From an uncultured delta proteobacterium (GTDB lineage: Bacteria; Desulfobacterota; Syntrophia; Syntrophales; Smithellaceae), in contig CAVWEH010000002.1 of assembly GCA_963753975.1 (NCBI GenBank), positions 672,001 through 736,000 on the forward strand: a stretch of 64,000 bases of DNA, given 5' to 3'. The notes below the pieces were generated by a model. That model was not told the origin of the DNA. It made no database searches and saw only the letters and a list, made by a program, of their open reading frames with translations. Below, piece after piece: positions 63,263 to 64,000 of this stretch. Position 1 is the stretch's first letter, and each line of letters opens with the position of its first letter. Position numbers and translations under genes: made by a program.

Positions 63263-64000
63263 TTAAACGGCAAAAGCCGCTTCAGTTATTTCCAGGGGCG
63301 CTTTTTCATCCATTTTAATGGCTTCACAGCGCGCCTTCACAGTCGTCAAACTTTCCACGGCGAAAAATTTCGCCGAGGCCACCCTGCCGCTGTAAAAAGC
63401 GGCTTCCTTGTTTTCCTTATTCAAAGCCTTCTGTTTTTCCGCGCTGTCTGCTTTCTTTTCCTTATAGATCGCCGCGAGCTTTTCCGCAGCGATTCCGGCT
63501 CCATCAATAAGGAAATGTCCGAGTATCACATCGCCGAAAATTTCCATAAACTTGTAAGCATTAAGAATGGGGAGCAGGAAATTTCCCGCTTTTCCGGCCT
63601 GAACGAAAAACATCGTCAAATCCATGCAGGCATTGGCGGCTTCTTCCAGTATGGCGGTATATTTGCCAAGTTCTTTGTGCTCCTTCATTTTCTTGATGTT
63701 TTTCTGAATTTCGCCGAAGAGATTCATAGCATTCATGCCCTTTCTCTGACCAAGGCTCCTGCCCACAAGGGTCAGAGCCTGGATGCCGTTGGTTCCCTCA
63801 TAAATGGTGGCAATTTTTTCATCCCGCAGATATTGTTCTACGGGGTACTCGGAGCAGTAACCGTATCCGCCGTAGACATCCATGGCCATGGAACATACCA
63901 GAAGAGACTTATCGGAACAGTAGGCCTTGACGATCGTGGTCATGAGATTAAGGAACCCCTCCCATGTCGCCTTCTCCTCTTCTGTTTTGGCGACTGTTGA
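63263..64000 (-). CDS. Acyl-CoA dehydrogenase, C-terminal part; gene starts beyond the window
   Basis: VYGGYGY..EYPVEQYLRD.KI..IYEGTNGIQA, FYSGRVASAKFF. Confidence 0.93.
   Translation of the reverse strand, partial: STVAKTEEEKATWEGFLNLMTTIVKAYCSDKSLLVCSMAMDVYGGYGYCSEYPVEQYLRDEKIATIYEGTNGIQALTLVGRSLGQRKGMNAMNLFGEIQKNIKKMKEHKELGKYTAILEEAANACMDLTMFFVQAGKAGNFLLPILNAYKFMEIFGDVILGHFLIDGAGIAAEKLAAIYKEKKADSAEKQKALNKENKEAAFYSGRVASAKFFAVESLTTVKARCEAIKMDEKAPLEITEAAFAV

Overview
Chromosomal window from an anaerobic, fatty-acid-oxidising Gram-negative bacterium. The gene content and repeat types suggest Desulfobacterota, possibly a Smithella/Syntrophales-like organism; this is inference. Recognisable content: lepA, hemW, class III RNR (nrdDG with tandem NrdR boxes), a glycosyltransferase/methyltransferase/B12-radical-SAM cluster of unknown product, a two-component system, stress genes (pal, Do protease, USP, ferritin, wrbA), tungstate ABC transport with two TupA paralogues, a TetR-mdtABC-OMF efflux operon, six tRNAs, dprA-topA-trmFO, speB, lpxH, kdsD and a beta-oxidation operon. 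Many genes carry single-base frameshifts that look like sequencing or assembly errors. The most notable unexplained structure is: (i) a decayed integron platform at 41.7-42.5 kb with face-to-face Pc/Pint-like promoters, an attI-like site, a KPKLLD integrase stub and one cassette; (ii) a second orphan attC-bounded cassette at 12.9-13.5 kb; (iii) the uncharacterised biosynthetic cluster at 6.1-12.7 kb; (iv) a nested hairpin repeat family flanking topA; (v) a MITE and an island scar in the tRNA cluster. All calls come from motif recognition by eye; no searches were run.
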